DNA of 63,813 bases, counting the filler, from Basidiobolus ranarum (lineage: Eukaryota), in assembly GCA_040143965.1 (NCBI GenBank). It is 44 parts of 44 records of this genome, joined end to end, with 100 filler letters (N's around TTAATTAATTAA, not from the genome) between each part and the next. Parts side by side here need not be neighbours in the genome. Positions count along the whole stretch, not along the records: positions 62,469 to 63,813 come from JASJQH010005460.1; 43 more parts are not named here. The stretch is one strand, 5' to 3'. Positions 62,469 through 63,813 of this stretch are shown in pieces (position 1 is the first letter of the stretch; each line of letters begins with the position of its first letter). The notes under the pieces were generated by a model, which had not been told where the DNA came from, searched no databases, and was given only the letters and a program-made list of their open reading frames with translations. The translations under genes were made by a program, and so were the position numbers.

Positions 62469-62666
62469 CTGAGCTACCAGTCCTTGTATGCTATGCCTAT
62501 ATTGCTTGGGAACCTTAACCTAGTCTGTCAATGTATGGTACTTTGGCATTTCAGCTATACAAGCAACTGATTGGCCTTAAACTTTGTGTTCAGATGCAGT
62601 CACCATACTCCATATTTTCCTCTTTAGGAATTACTGCTTGTACCCCAAGTCACCAGAATTTTGACC
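62469..62666 (-). mobile_element. tRNA-containing LTR, third copy, partial
   Basis: CTGAGCTACCAGTCC plus ~180 bp matching 43743-43926. Confidence 0.75.
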
Positions 62667-62699
62667 GAAACTACTTAATTATGTCTTAAGCTATTTGGC

Positions 62700-63813
62700 C
62701 TTACTGAATTTGATTATTGGAGCAAAATACTCAAAAATTGCCTGATTTCTGAAATTCAAATTAGCCCCCAATCAAAATGGAAATTTGTGGGTGTTGTATT
62801 TATGAAATACAAGCCAGGCAACTGTTCAAGGGCTCTAGTTTAATCAAATCTGTCAAAAATTTGGATCTAATTCATTTGGATTTTTGTGGACCTTTGCAAA
62901 ATTCATCTTTAGGAGGAAAAAGATATTTAATCACATTTATTGATGATTATACAAGATACACTTGGGTCTACTTTATAGAATGAAAAGAAGAAGCTCTTGC
63001 AATCTTTAGAGATTTTAAAACTCTTGTGGAGACTGAACCTGGAACTAAAATCAAGAACATAAGAACTGATAATGATCATATTTCTGGGTTATTGTACTCA
63101 AACTAAGGCCTACAGACTCTATGATACTGAAATTTCAAAGTTAATCAAGTCCAAGGATTTTTTGTTTAATGGAAATGAGAAATTTTCACCCAAAATGACC
63201 TCAGATGATGATGAAAATCAATATTTGCCTGATCCAATAATTCAAATTGATTCTAAGCAAAACAATGAAGAAAATAGCATTCCTTTGGACTCTTCAATCA
63301 AAAATCTGCCTATTGAAGTGCCAAATACAATACCAGAAATTATAATACCTTTCTCCCAAACTAAGAGATCAAATTAGGTCAGAAATAGCCCTGATTGCAA
63401 TATCAATGAGTCTCAAAATTGGGCCTATGCCTGCATAGCTCAAATACATGAGCCCCAGATTGTAAAAGAGGCCCTGAAAGGCTCTCACACAAGATTCTGG
63501 AGATATGCAATGGCTGATGAGTACCAGGCTTTGATTGATAATCACACTTGGATTTTGCCCAACTTACCTGATGATAGAAAAACAATTACCTGCCAATGGG
63601 TGTTTAAAGTTAAATACAATTGTGATGGTAATATAGAAAGATACAAGGCTAGACTAGTAGCCAAAGGCTATTCCCAAACACAAGGAACAGATTATATAGT
63701 AACTTTTGCTCCTGTAGCAAAGTTCAGTTCAATAAGAAGGATGTTGTTAAAGTATTTGGGAGCCTGTTGGAAGTGATTTGGAGAATTAGAGGAATTGGTG
63801 GTTTTCACTTATT
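62700..63813 (+). mobile_element. Ty1/copia integrase-RT with internal deletion, interrupted by LTR-F at 63745
   Basis: IHLDFCGP, FIDDYTRYTW, ERYKARLVAKGYSQ. Confidence 0.92.

Overview
This window is not a contiguous locus. It is 44 short contigs, sorted by size from 1360 down to 1345 bp, joined by an artificial 100-nt linker (N44-TTAATTAATTAA-N44, stop codons in all six frames), so adjacency across linkers has no meaning. The source looks like a TE-rich, AT-rich fungus. An early-diverging lineage is my inference from the gene sequences and 55-62 nt GT-AG introns. About 37 contigs are decayed, CpG-depleted transposon patchwork: several Ty1/copia families, Ty3/gypsy fragments, at least six LTR families, a high-copy CMC/EnSpm (CACTA-like) element with CCCTAACA ends and two divergent ORFs, and a PIF/Harbinger-ISL2EU (PHIS) element with RGACTTGTTC ends. 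Host-like, CpG-retaining contigs carry a tandem or looped WrbA/Pst2-type flavodoxin-like quinone reductase gene, tandem UNC-93-like MFS genes, a spliced HSF DNA-binding gene, a secreted protein with an actinobacterial-looking domain, a 38-aa KR-DEA repeat ORF, and an RG-rich ORF next to a kelch-like ORF. The most notable findings are a ~283-bp LTR family with an embedded tRNA-like Pol III cassette, the candidate horizontally acquired secreted domain, and the reconstructable two-ORF DNA transposons. All family calls come from motif recognition by eye; no searches were run.
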